Source: Escherichia phage vB_EcoS_I14. From it: 64,000 bases of DNA. Positions 10,386 through 19,818 of this stretch are shown in pieces. Every line of letters begins with the position of its first letter. Positions within the stretch are counted from its first letter, which is position 1. The translations under genes were made by a program, and so were the position numbers. The stretch is from the sequence record PP892525.1; one strand, given 5' to 3'. The notes beneath the pieces were generated by a model that saw only the letters and a list, made by a program, of their open reading frames with translations, made no database searches and was not told the origin of the DNA.

Positions 10386-11160
10386 TATTATTTTTCTCCA
10401 ATAGTTCTTTAATCGACAGGATTTCTATCCCATTCGTTTCGGCTTTCTTATAAGATGAGGAAGAACGTTTTGATTCATCCTCACAGATTAGGTATTTGAC
10501 GTCTTTAGTAACGGATTTCTTAACCGTATACCCTAGACTTTCTAAATAGTTTGTTGCATCCGTTCTATTTGCAAAATCTTGCAAAGATCCGGTAATACAT
10601 ACCGCGATTCCATTTGGCTGGGCAACTAATTCATCTGTAATGATGATATTAGCTTTAGTGCCCCTAATACCAGTTGAAAATTTCCACGGTAGTTCGATAA
10701 CATCTTTGCCTTGTGGGGAATTTAGCCAGGCTTTATAATTTTCTCCAGCCTTGCCGTCAGCCTTCACATCGTGGAAGCTAGTGCAATTTTGGGATAATTT
10801 CTTTGCTGCAACCTCTCCAATTAGAGGGATTCCTAAAGAACCGAGAACTGAACCAAAGTCAATGTCTCCGCGAACTTTAGTATTTAATTCGCTAATTAAC
10901 TTAGCGGCAACCTTGCTACCCACGGCTCTAACCAAATCTTCTTCGGTTAGGTAAAATAGTTCTGAAATCTTCGTCAGCTCCAGCTTCTCAATAGTTTTTG
11001 GGCCAAAGCCCTTTAACTTCATTTTTGTACAGAAGTTCTCAATTAACTTACTTGATTGTGCTGGACAGTTGGACTTATTACGACAGAATAATTGTCCGTT
11101 GACAAGATCTAGCTTAGAACCACAAGAGGGACATTGTGTTGGAATTTCGATTTTCATCAA
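10378..11160 (-). CDS. NAD-dependent DNA ligase, C-terminal part (Zn finger, HhH, BRCT)
   Basis: 260 aa; zinc finger CPSCGSKLD...CRNKSNC; BRCT-like C-terminus; own promoter and ATG. Confidence 0.8.
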   Translation of the reverse strand: MMKIEIPTQCPSCGSKLDLVNGQLFCRNKSNCPAQSSKLIENFCTKMKLKGFGPKTIEKLELTKISELFYLTEEDLVRAVGSKVAAKLISELNTKVRGDIDFGSVLGSLGIPLIGEVAAKKLSQNCTSFHDVKADGKAGENYKAWLNSPQGKDVIELPWKFSTGIRGTKANIIITDELVAQPNGIAVCITGSLQDFANRTDATNYLESLGYTVKKSVTKDVKYLICEDESKRSSSSYKKAETNGIEILSIKELLEKNNNV

Positions 11161-11187
11161 ATTTCTTCCTTATCAATTTATATAAAT

Positions 11188-11216
11188 ATTATAGCAAGTA
11201 TTTAAGCATTTAGCAA
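11188..11216 (-). promoter_or_regulatory. sigma70-type promoter upstream of the ligase C-terminal ORF (minus strand)
   Basis: Minus strand reads TTGCTA-17bp-TATAAT, then TATAAATTGATAAGGAAG and ATG at 11160. Confidence 0.7.
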
Positions 11217-11359
11217 CTACAATTTTAACTAACTTTGCTTACCCTCGCCATAACTTTCTATCCCTCAACTGAATGATAATAGTATATACCTAAGCGGCGA
11301 AAATGTCAATAACCACTTTATAATTCCGATATGGTAGATGGGTAGCAAAGGGTTATGTA

Positions 11360-12331
11360 TTAATCGTATACTCGCTCTACTATGCACGGGATTACACCAC
11401 CAGCACGAATCACTCGAATCTGGCAACCGATCTCTAGATCAAGAGAGTTAATATAATCAACGTTATTAAGAGTCGCTTTAACAATTGTAGCGTCATCAAT
11501 AATTACCGGTTCGAAATAACCAACTGGAGTTACTTTACCAGAAGCCCCTACCTGCCATTCAACTTTAGTAAGAGTTGTAATCTCGCCTTCTTCATCCTCT
11601 TTAATAGCGAATGCCCCACGAGGGAATTTATTAGTCCAGCCTTCACGGAAGAATTTGTTGTTGTCATTAATACGAACAACTTTACCGTCCGTCGGAATCC
11701 ATTTAAAGAAGGAACGCACATTAACAACTGTTAAGAAATCTTCATTCTCTAGCCAGAGCATATCTTTTAAATATGATTCTGTAATACCTACAGATTCAGC
11801 AGAACACTGGATACCGTATGCAACAAAGATTAAACCACCTTCCCCGATACGTTGTACGAAATCATCGCTATCTTTGAGGTTAATAGCGCCAGAGGCAAAG
11901 TTACGTTTATTTTCTACTTCTTTTGTAATTAGAACTTCACCAGTAATTTGAGTAGGTACTTTTTGGGAAATCTTTTTAGGGATGTTCAGCAATCTTACGT
12001 TGCTTGTGACATCATTCCCTAGAATGCCATTACCGCGAGTTAGTGCTTGAACAAATTCGCCATTAATATATAACAGAGAAATCGCACAACCATCTAACTT
12101 ATCAGTTTCTACCTGACCTAATGGGTTAAACGGAGGTTTATCCCCACGATTATAATAAACTTTCTGTAAAGAATACATACGATACAGATGTGGAATATCT
12201 CCCTTAGGCCCAATCTCTTCCTCTAGTGGGAATCTTTTAATCAGACGATCATATTCTTCGTCAGAGATTAAAGACATTCCCTGGTAATACGCTTCTTGGC
12301 AACGTTTAATAAAGTCTTTTACATTAGTCAT
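11360..12331 (-). CDS. NAD-dependent DNA ligase, N-terminal part (adenylation + OB domains)
   Basis: 323 aa; KxDG adenylation motif TDKLDGCAIS; OB-like C-terminus. Confidence 0.85.
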   Translation of the reverse strand: MTNVKDFIKRCQEAYYQGMSLISDEEYDRLIKRFPLEEEIGPKGDIPHLYRMYSLQKVYYNRGDKPPFNPLGQVETDKLDGCAISLLYINGEFVQALTRGNGILGNDVTSNVRLLNIPKKISQKVPTQITGEVLITKEVENKRNFASGAINLKDSDDFVQRIGEGGLIFVAYGIQCSAESVGITESYLKDMLWLENEDFLTVVNVRSFFKWIPTDGKVVRINDNNKFFREGWTNKFPRGAFAIKEDEEGEITTLTKVEWQVGASGKVTPVGYFEPVIIDDATIVKATLNNVDYINSLDLEIGCQIRVIRAGGVIPCIVERVYD

Positions 12332-12362
12332 TTATTTGTATCTCTCATTAATTTATATAAAT

Positions 12363-12391
12363 ATTATATAACAAAACTGAGTTGAAAGCAA
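12363..12391 (-). promoter_or_regulatory. sigma70-type promoter upstream of the ligase N-terminal ORF (minus strand)
   Basis: Minus strand reads TTGCTT-17bp-TATAAT, then TATAAATTAATGAGAG. Confidence 0.7.
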
Positions 12392-12401
12392 ATACATTTA
12401 T

Positions 12402-12435
12402 AAAGAAAAAGCCAAGAACTAGGCATTCTTGGCTT
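12402..12435 (-). terminator. intrinsic terminator
   Basis: Hairpin GCCAAGAA...TTCTTGGC followed by a U-run on the minus strand, just upstream of promoter 12363-12391. Confidence 0.6.
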
Positions 12436-12727
12436 TGAGTTCTTCAGCTCGTTTCTGTACTTCATGTAAAACCTCAGATTCGCTAAGAATCTGGGTAAAC
12501 GCATAGAAAAGCTGTGATGTTGTTTCTAGGGTGTAAGGAAAAGAGAAGCCAGATTTCGTTGGAAACCATTCATCATTAATATCAAGAAGCCAGTAACGAA
12601 TACCCATGTATAGATTCCCACGAAATTCAGATACTGTTAATCTTACTTGTTCTCCCTCCTTCTCCCAGAGTATGATGGACTGGTCATCAACGTGTCCTTC
12701 ATAGTTTTGATTTACCTGTTCGCTCAT
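12419..12727 (-). CDS. hypothetical protein
   Basis: 102 aa ORF with upstream promoter and downstream hairpin. Confidence 0.5.
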   Translation of the reverse strand: MSEQVNQNYEGHVDDQSIILWEKEGEQVRLTVSEFRGNLYMGIRYWLLDINDEWFPTKSGFSFPYTLETTSQLFYAFTQILSESEVLHEVQKRAEELKAKNA

Positions 12728-12745
12728 TTACATATCCCAAATACA

Positions 12746-12767
12746 CAAAAAGCCCCATATAGGGGCT
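12746..12767 (-). terminator. intrinsic terminator-like hairpin
   Basis: AGCCCC-ATAT-AGGGGCT hairpin followed by UUUUU on the minus strand. Confidence 0.55.
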
Positions 12768-12777
12768 AATTGGTTTC

Positions 12778-13074
12778 TTATCGGCCTACTGGAGAAGCAC
12801 GATCTAACTCTGATTGGAGGCTAGTCACACGACGGACTTTCTCGACAGGAATAAAACGGAAGCTATCATTAGTACGAGAGAAGACAAGGATCTCATCATC
12901 TTTCGCTTTACGAATACGTTCACGTTTAATACGCTCAGCCAGATATTTATCTTGGGCTGGATCAAATTCCATCGTACCCTGAAGGTACGTGGTTCCTTTC
13001 TGACGAAGTTTCTCGTAATGAAGATAAAACTCACCAAATTTTTCACATTGTGCGATAATTTCAGCTTTGGTCAT
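12778..13074 (-). CDS. hypothetical protein
   Basis: 98 aa ORF. Confidence 0.5.
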   Translation of the reverse strand: MTKAEIIAQCEKFGEFYLHYEKLRQKGTTYLQGTMEFDPAQDKYLAERIKRERIRKAKDDEILVFSRTNDSFRFIPVEKVRRVTSLQSELDRASPVGR

Positions 13075-13110
13075 AACTGTGTTCCTTTTGTTGGTGGATT
13101 TATCTAAAAA

Positions 13111-13521
13111 TTACTTAGTGATAGCTCGGATTGCTTCTGCCAGATGAGCAGCCGCTTTACCGGTCAGTTTGTCGATAATTGCATCATCCAGAAAATCTGG
13201 TGCTAGGCCAGCATCAGAGAATGCTGAACGAAGGTCGGCATGAGCTTGGGCTTTGGAAGTACGAGAACCACCAGAAGCTTTTTCTCCAGTAGATGCGCTA
13301 GATTTAGAAGCAGAGCCAGCAGCTTTCTTGATATACAAACCTGCTTTAGTCAGCTTCATACGAAAACCGTTCGGAGTTACACCATTTTCCTGGGCAATTT
13401 CGCTAACAATTTCCATGCTAACACCTGGACGTTCATCCTCTGGGAATTGCTCCATACGAGCAACGTATTCGGAAGACATTTTTTCGAACAGTTCATCAGT
13501 CCACTGAGTTGGAGTAGTCAT
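13111..13521 (-). CDS. hypothetical protein with HTH-like repeat related to 9618-10385
   Basis: 136 aa; motif EIAQENGVTPNGFRMKLTKAGL resembles the repeats in the 255-aa protein. Confidence 0.5.
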   Translation of the reverse strand: MTTPTQWTDELFEKMSSEYVARMEQFPEDERPGVSMEIVSEIAQENGVTPNGFRMKLTKAGLYIKKAAGSASKSSASTGEKASGGSRTSKAQAHADLRSAFSDAGLAPDFLDDAIIDKLTGKAAAHLAEAIRAITK

Positions 13522-13578
13522 ATTTTATATTTCCTTAATTAAGAATTAAACAGAATAGTTCTTTCAAACTATGAGAAT

Positions 13579-13607
13579 ATTATATCAAGAATTATAGGAT
13601 TAAGCAA
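13579..13607 (-). promoter_or_regulatory. sigma70-type promoter (minus strand)
   Basis: Minus strand reads TTGCTT-17bp-TATAAT. Confidence 0.65.
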
Positions 13608-13627
13608 CTGAAATTTTTCTGTAATTG

Positions 13628-13915
13628 CTACACATCTAGCTCAACGATCTCCCAATCATCCGCCAGAGCTTCTTCTAGGGTTAGGGAGGAGGTTTTCCAT
13701 GTTGCGTCTTTTATATCGAACTTGGTATACCCATCTTCATTGGGCCACCAGGTAAACTCGACAATATCATTATTATCAACATCTACTTTTATAATAGTAG
13801 AGTAATAAGTACGAGAGTCCCAATTACCCCAGCTATCCCGCTGGAGATATTTTACATCTCCATCTTTGAGCAAATCTGTTAGCTTACTCACGGCGTTTTC
13901 CTTTTTCTTTATCAA
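13628..13915 (-). CDS. hypothetical protein
   Basis: 95 aa ORF. Confidence 0.5.
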   Translation of the reverse strand: MIKKKENAVSKLTDLLKDGDVKYLQRDSWGNWDSRTYYSTIIKVDVDNNDIVEFTWWPNEDGYTKFDIKDATWKTSSLTLEEALADDWEIVELDV

Positions 13916-14588
13916 GCTTCAGGGCGGCCTTAACAGCTTCGTTAATCAACGTAATAATTTCTTCACGAGTCCACTTGTACCCTAGAGATTTTACGTCAAC
14001 CCCTAGTTTTTCCAGATGTTTAACAGAAGCCAGCTCGTAATTCATATAATGAACGTTCTGTTGTTTGCCTTCCGATAGAAGCCATACACGGTAACAACCA
14101 ACAGGATTATCCATTGCTTTTTTGATTTCACCGATACACTGGTATCCAGGAACCCAAACAAGCTCACCAACTGCAAATTCTTCTGCTACAGCATCATCAG
14201 GAATAATCGGAGGATTCAATGGATCTACAATATCGTTCAAACGAAGTAGAGCACCATAGCGTTCCAGAACAGATTTAACCATTGCTACAGAGCGGTAATT
14301 ACGATCGGCAATTTCTTCAAAAGAATCACCAGATAAATACTGCTCAATAACGTTAGCTAACTCGATGCCTTCAATAAGTGTGCCACGTTTCTTTTTCTTC
14401 ATTTCGGCAACTTGAATTTGGCGATCTTGCCACTCTTCAATCATCCTTTCCATAGTTGGATTGGATGATACGCCGAGCATTTCACATGCTGCTTTCTTAG
14501 TACCACCGTTCTCCAGATGCTCTATAACCTTTTTAAAGACTTCATCAGGGATTTCATGGATATGTTTCTTTCTACGAGAACCAGCCAT
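13884..14588 (-). CDS. hypothetical protein, possible HTH DNA-binding
   Basis: 234 aa; basic N-terminus and HTH-like segment TKKAACEMLGVSSNPTMERM. Confidence 0.5.
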   Translation of the reverse strand: MAGSRRKKHIHEIPDEVFKKVIEHLENGGTKKAACEMLGVSSNPTMERMIEEWQDRQIQVAEMKKKKRGTLIEGIELANVIEQYLSGDSFEEIADRNYRSVAMVKSVLERYGALLRLNDIVDPLNPPIIPDDAVAEEFAVGELVWVPGYQCIGEIKKAMDNPVGCYRVWLLSEGKQQNVHYMNYELASVKHLEKLGVDVKSLGYKWTREEIITLINEAVKAALKLDKEKGKRRE

Positions 14589-14619
14589 ATTTAAACTCCT
14601 CTCTCAAATTTATAAATCT

Positions 14620-14649
14620 ATTATACAGAAATTTTTTGCACTATGCAAA
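14620..14649 (-). promoter_or_regulatory. sigma70-type early promoter resembling T5 P-N25 (minus strand)
   Basis: Minus strand reads AAAAATTTATTTGCAT...TCTGTATAATAGATTTATAAATTTGAGAGAGGAG, recalled from memory as near-identical to P-N25. Confidence 0.7.
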
Positions 14650-14656
14650 TAAATTT

Positions 14657-14899
14657 TTACGATTCCTTGAGCAAAGAAGCAAGTTCAGCATAGACTTTAT
14701 CTAACTCAAAGCCGATGCGAAGAGACACGTTAGTTTTCCGTTGTTTAAGTAACCACTCGGATATGTTAGGGATGCCAGCTAATCTATGTGGTACCACCCT
14801 ACATAGCTTTTCCGAAGTGTCGTAAACAGGAACTTTACGTTCTTTTACTGGGAACTTCCTTGTTTCCCATTTTTTATTCTTCACTGTCATTTCTAGCAC
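14657..14899 (-). CDS. hypothetical protein
   Basis: 80 aa ORF overlapping the stop of the upstream helicase gene. Confidence 0.4.
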   Translation of the reverse strand: MLEMTVKNKKWETRKFPVKERKVPVYDTSEKLCRVVPHRLAGIPNISEWLLKQRKTNVSLRIGFELDKVYAELASLLKES

Positions 14900-17663
14900 C
14901 TAGCTCTGCCATTGCTTCATCATGCATATGTTTCTCCTCATCAGTCATAAACTTATACGGGATTGGCATACATTCGATTTTACAATAGGTTCTGTACCAG
15001 TCTACAATATTCTCCGTGTTCATATCCTTACCAATACCCATCATACCAAGATACATTCTGGCATATTTTGGGTTAGCACTCTGACCTGTTTTAAGGAAGA
15101 AATCTTTCTTCTTACCTTTCAGAGCTTCTATGAATGGTTTGATAGTGACATTTGAGCACTTCTTAATATCTTCCCAGAACATCTCGTGCATTTTATGGAA
15201 GAATGCCGCTCGATCATTCGGTTTATCCTTGATATACTGCTCAACATGCTCAACTGTTACATCTTTAATAGACTCAAGATGATAATAGCGAACAAGAAGT
15301 AGTTTAGCTTCATACGCATCTGCATGACGTGGAGCACAATAATCAGGAGTTGAATACAAAATAGCTTTGATTCGCTCTTCCGTATATTCTTTTCCTGCAC
15401 CTTCGATAGTTCCCCAGCTTTCACTGAAAATATCAATAGTTGCACCCTGATCAAGCAAGTAATAACGTAAAGTACTAGTATAGTTCCTAGATTCCAGCTC
15501 CCTACGACGTGCGTATAATTGCTGTGCTAACTCCAGCCAACCTTCATCAATGTTATACTGTTCAGAACCTGCGGAGAATCCACTCGTAGATTTATCAATA
15601 AAATAATAAATGTTCTGGGCACCACGGTCGCGCCTGATTGCTTGGAAACGCATGTTTGGCGCTTGGTTGCTAGTTCTAGTAATAACGAATACGTTATCAA
15701 AATAGTTGAAGTCAACACCACTCGTTACGGATGGACTACATAATAAGCAATCAATTTGTTGGTCAATTAACTCATTAGTTGTGTAATCCAGAATACGTCG
15801 AATATCTACATCAGACGTAGAGTTTGAGTGGATTTCCTTAACTAACGCACCCGTATTACGACGCAACGCCATGCCCTTCTCATTCAGTTCATCCGGCCCA
15901 CAGTCAGATACTAGGATAGATTTCTCCCCCATCTCTAGAGATGTCTGAAGCGCAACCCAAATACTGGATTCATCAGGGAACTCATAAGCATGAGCTTTTG
16001 ACAGCATTTTTCGGTGATGATTATAAAATGCAACCGGTTTATCAAACTCAATCAAGGAACCATATGCTTCAATTGTTTCTGCACTAATATCACCATCAGA
16101 TAATATAATGATTTTTGCAGTTGCAAGAATATCCCGAAGAACCTGAATGCATTCACGACGTTGTTTAACAACCGGGGCGAATAGTAGGTCATTCATTACA
16201 GCATCACATTCATCGATAAAGATTGCATCAATTTGACCAATAAAACTCTTGAACTTATGCAAAGAGTGAATAGTTGTGGACATACGGTCAATAGCACCAC
16301 GCTTAAAATTAAGCATATCTACAGACTTATCATATTGTCCTGCACTAAATTTCTTAGCATTTGAAGACACCAGTGCTCTAGTATTGGTAATTGCTAAGAA
16401 ATTACCTTTAATAACTCCCGAATCTAACCAACGCACAACCGCCGTGGTTTTACCTGTACCTAGACTTGCTTTTACAAAAGTCATATAACCTTCTGGTGGC
16501 ACAGTATTTAATTTCAAGAAGTTATCAGTTTCTAGGGAGTTAGTTTCTAGCTTTTTAAGTGGAATACCTTTTAAAACATCAGGTATATCGCGTTTAGAAT
16601 TATTAACAAACGCTTTCAGAGCCTGTTTACGACCGTTATTAAAGTAATCTTGAATATTACGACTATTATCTTTAGTTGCAATATATTCTGATAAGGCTGG
16701 GCGGATTTCTTTTTCTAGCCATGCAAAATCAACACCATCCTCTAAAGCCCTGTGATAGAGTTTAGGAATAATACGTAGATACACTCCATCCTCAGCTTCT
16801 TCTAGTTCGCTGATAGTTTCTTCTACTTTATCAGAGGCAGCTTTTTTACCCTTAATTTGGTCGAGTAAAGAGTAAAACTCCTCCTTAAACTCACCTCTAG
16901 TTGTTTCATAGTCAACCAGATTATTTGGTAAATTTACTTTAGAACCTTTAACAAATACCAGACGTGAAGCACCCTCCGCCTTAAACGGATCTACTATACC
17001 ATCGGTAAATAACGGATCTGCAAAATAATGGAGCTGTACGGAAGAGTAATAAGCTAAGTCGGCAATATCAAAGCCATACTTTTGTCTACTACTTTCGTTG
17101 ATAGATGTAAATAAGAATTTGATTTGACCCTGAGTTACTTTAACATTAGATTCTAGTATTAAGTGCATTCGGATACCTGGTTTTAGCCCAGCCGAAGATG
17201 ATGCATGAGCGATAAACCCTGCATCAAGAGGAAACATATCCTCACTAATACTATTTAACATTCTAATAATATGTCGAGCCATACCAACAAGATCAAACTT
17301 GTTACAACCACCTGTATCTACAATACCATCCACGTCCATTGCAATTATATGACTTGGGTTAGATACATTAAAGTTGCCCTTCTTACGTCGCACATTATTT
17401 TTAGGTGCAAGACATCGACCTCGTACCGCAACGATATGAGGGTCAGACGTTAAACGCCTCATAAGAGGGAGCATTTCTACTAGGGTTTGAGGATCAACTT
17501 CATCAATTACATCAAACTTGAAGGGCATTGAAGCTGGTTTACCTTCAGGATGCTTTGAGGAAAATCTTTTAGCAAAAAGATAGTCTTCTGCTTTAACTTC
17601 TCGCCAAATGCCTGTGGCTAAGTCGCGATGAAATCCTGCATGACCTTGTAGGATTGAGAACAC
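14874..17663 (-). CDS. large replication protein with P-loop helicase domain (origin-binding/initiator helicase-like)
   Basis: Walker A KASLGTGKTT and Walker B IFIDECD; proposed GTG start at 17663 after ACAGGAG; the track ORF runs to 17741. Confidence 0.7.
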   Translation of the reverse strand: MFSILQGHAGFHRDLATGIWREVKAEDYLFAKRFSSKHPEGKPASMPFKFDVIDEVDPQTLVEMLPLMRRLTSDPHIVAVRGRCLAPKNNVRRKKGNFNVSNPSHIIAMDVDGIVDTGGCNKFDLVGMARHIIRMLNSISEDMFPLDAGFIAHASSSAGLKPGIRMHLILESNVKVTQGQIKFLFTSINESSRQKYGFDIADLAYYSSVQLHYFADPLFTDGIVDPFKAEGASRLVFVKGSKVNLPNNLVDYETTRGEFKEEFYSLLDQIKGKKAASDKVEETISELEEAEDGVYLRIIPKLYHRALEDGVDFAWLEKEIRPALSEYIATKDNSRNIQDYFNNGRKQALKAFVNNSKRDIPDVLKGIPLKKLETNSLETDNFLKLNTVPPEGYMTFVKASLGTGKTTAVVRWLDSGVIKGNFLAITNTRALVSSNAKKFSAGQYDKSVDMLNFKRGAIDRMSTTIHSLHKFKSFIGQIDAIFIDECDAVMNDLLFAPVVKQRRECIQVLRDILATAKIIILSDGDISAETIEAYGSLIEFDKPVAFYNHHRKMLSKAHAYEFPDESSIWVALQTSLEMGEKSILVSDCGPDELNEKGMALRRNTGALVKEIHSNSTSDVDIRRILDYTTNELIDQQIDCLLCSPSVTSGVDFNYFDNVFVITRTSNQAPNMRFQAIRRDRGAQNIYYFIDKSTSGFSAGSEQYNIDEGWLELAQQLYARRRELESRNYTSTLRYYLLDQGATIDIFSESWGTIEGAGKEYTEERIKAILYSTPDYCAPRHADAYEAKLLLVRYYHLESIKDVTVEHVEQYIKDKPNDRAAFFHKMHEMFWEDIKKCSNVTIKPFIEALKGKKKDFFLKTGQSANPKYARMYLGMMGIGKDMNTENIVDWYRTYCKIECMPIPYKFMTDEEKHMHDEAMAELGARNDSEE

Positions 17664-18162
17664 AACAATACTCCTGTGTTGGAAATGAAATAAGTTTTCT
17701 TTAGGACTATTCAGAAAGAATAGAACAACTGTTACTGTCAATTTCTCAACAAATTAATTGCAAATACTGAAGTGGGGTGGCAACTTCCACTTTCACGCTA
17801 CACTGCCGCTTCACTATACCGCACAAATCCTTGAGGATGGCCGCTAAGCCAGATTTGCTCACCTAATGCTTCATGTACTAGCTCATACTAGATGTAGTAT
17901 ACCTTACGTCATCACTTCTCAGAGTTTTTCACTCTTCCCGTCTCACTTCACAACCACCTCACACTAGGTTGCTTCGAGGCCTTACCAGGGTTCCTACGGG
18001 ATGTAGATCGCTAAGTATTCTATTAATTATTTGTTTAAAAACTAACACGTAACAGTTAAAACAACCCTTAATGGGGCAGCCTAACTGTTCCGTATCGCGG
18101 ATTGTAAACAAGAAAAATTAGCAAAATCAATTTTTACTAATGTCTCTCAATTCAATATAAAT

Positions 18163-18191
18163 ATTATATCAAGATTTTGGGCATCCTGCAA
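18163..18191 (-). promoter_or_regulatory. sigma70-type promoter preceding a long ORF-free leader (minus strand)
   Basis: Minus strand reads TTGCAG-17bp-TATAAT; about 500 nt without ORFs before the helicase start. Confidence 0.55.
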
Positions 18192-18282
18192 GTAAAATTT
18201 TCCGGACGGTGCTATCATTGGTCTTGAGTACGGATAAAACCGAGCCAAAATGACTCGGTAATCAGAGTTCAGCTAGTAAAAA

Positions 18283-18675
18283 TCATTCATCATTTAGGCC
18301 TGGAACATAGATCCCAACACGGTTTAATTGTTCTTTAGCTTCTTTGAGAATATCTGGAGTGTACTCCCAAATATCATCTTCCACCTGTAAAAGATGGGGC
18401 GAACAACCGTCATCCGGCACACGACATATGGCCAAACCACGTGGATGGAACAAAGAGAAATTTAGGGCAACAATTAAACCCATAGCAGACAATTCATTCC
18501 AATCCAATTCCCATTCCCCCGCGTAGCCGGATAGGAAAACACCAACACAGGGATCATCTATTTGCTGCTCCGGAAAAGTGAGGGAGGCTTGTCTTACCCC
18601 CAACCAACGTTGTAGCAGCTTCTCCGCACGTTTCACCAAACTAGGGTCAATCTGACGCCAATATACTTGTTCCAT
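18283..18675 (-). CDS. hypothetical protein, tandem paralog A
   Basis: 130 aa; shares MGLxxALN(F/Y)xLF and VPGL motifs with the adjacent ORF. Confidence 0.5.
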   Translation of the reverse strand: MEQVYWRQIDPSLVKRAEKLLQRWLGVRQASLTFPEQQIDDPCVGVFLSGYAGEWELDWNELSAMGLIVALNFSLFHPRGLAICRVPDDGCSPHLLQVEDDIWEYTPDILKEAKEQLNRVGIYVPGLNDE

Positions 18676-18684
18676 TCTGCCTCC

Positions 18685-19113
18685 TTAAGCAGTTAAACCT
18701 GGGATCATATACCCGAAACGGCGAAGTTTTTGAATCCCCTCATTTACTTCTTCCGGTGAGTAAGACCAACCATAACGTTCATTAATCTGAAAACCAGGAG
18801 ATTCACTAGTTTTATAGTTAACAACGAGGCGGTGCTTAGCAGGCATAAACAGCTTATAATTTAACGCAAAAACTAAGCCCATTTCGTCTAACTCTTTCCA
18901 GCCCACAATCTCTTCAAGACCATCCTCTACCTGAACAATTAAACCAATACAGGGAGCCTCATCAATATCATCTTTAAAAGCAAAGGAGATTTCGTTATTC
19001 TCACACCATATTTTCAAAGAGTTAATAGCCTCATTATACAGGCTAGCTGGGAGGGTACGCCAAAAGTTAACCAAAATTGGGTTAGCCTCTTTAGAGAAGA
19101 CATTATTAAACAT
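18685..19113 (-). CDS. hypothetical protein, tandem paralog B
   Basis: 142 aa; paralogous to 18283-18675. Confidence 0.5.
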   Translation of the reverse strand: MFNNVFSKEANPILVNFWRTLPASLYNEAINSLKIWCENNEISFAFKDDIDEAPCIGLIVQVEDGLEEIVGWKELDEMGLVFALNYKLFMPAKHRLVVNYKTSESPGFQINERYGWSYSPEEVNEGIQKLRRFGYMIPGLTA

Positions 19114-19115
19114 AT

Positions 19116-19622
19116 TTACACCTTAAATTGTTGTAGGGCTTTACACATTTCAAGATCTGGACTAAATTCTAACATATAGCTAACAGCTTTTAAATCTTGA
19201 AGATTTATTCCAGTCCTACCGTTGACTATAACCGTTGGATACTGATACATCATAGCACCCGCATCATCAAGCACACACCAATGTTTGAGCTTATGCTTTT
19301 CAACGAAGCGAAGAACAGAATTGCCCCTAGATAATCCACCCCCAGTAAAATCCGTTGTACCAAGAAAACGATCGATAAGGCCTAATCCGGTCATAATCTG
19401 AACGTTCTCCATCTCATTTCTGACAGAGAACCAAGATGATACTCCAACAATCATTATCGGAGAAGGACGAATAAAGTCCTGAAAAGCCTTGAGAAGCGGT
19501 TTGAAAACCCAGTCACTTCCAAAGAAAATCTTTTCATTATCAGGTGCATGATGGTGGGAGATGCTCGAATTGAGCACCCCATCAATATCTAGAAAAATAA
19601 TTGGAGTATTACTTATTTCCAT
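19116..19622 (-). CDS. HAD-superfamily phosphatase-like protein (possible nucleotidase)
   Basis: 168 aa; HAD motif I IIFLDIDGVLN near the N-terminus and later VLDD. Confidence 0.6.
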   Translation of the reverse strand: MEISNTPIIFLDIDGVLNSSISHHHAPDNEKIFFGSDWVFKPLLKAFQDFIRPSPIMIVGVSSWFSVRNEMENVQIMTGLGLIDRFLGTTDFTGGGLSRGNSVLRFVEKHKLKHWCVLDDAGAMMYQYPTVIVNGRTGINLQDLKAVSYMLEFSPDLEMCKALQQFKV

Positions 19623-19818
19623 TTTTGTTCCTTTCTAAGAACGTATCATACTCAACCGTATCAACATATATAACACCATAGTCATCGGATTTATAGTCCA
19701 TTTCCCACAGCTCACAGCGATAGCACCAACTACCATCTGCCCATACAAATATATCATCGGGATGTGTATAAACAGATTTAACTATGGACATATCTGTTTC
19801 CCTTGCTTCTCGACACAT
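19609..19818 (-). CDS. hypothetical small protein
   Basis: 69 aa ORF; true start may be the internal Met. Confidence 0.35.
   Translation of the reverse strand: MCREARETDMSIVKSVYTHPDDIFVWADGSWCYRCELWEMDYKSDDYGVIYVDTVEYDTFLERNKNGNK

Noticed and set aside
11161-11359. Gap between the two ligase ORFs as a possible intron or intein
   Set aside because: The gap carries a complete promoter, an RBS-like element and an ATG for the downstream ORF, and the upstream ORF ends at a normal stop; no intron core elements were recognised. Separate expression is more parsimonious, though RT-PCR would be needed to exclude splicing.
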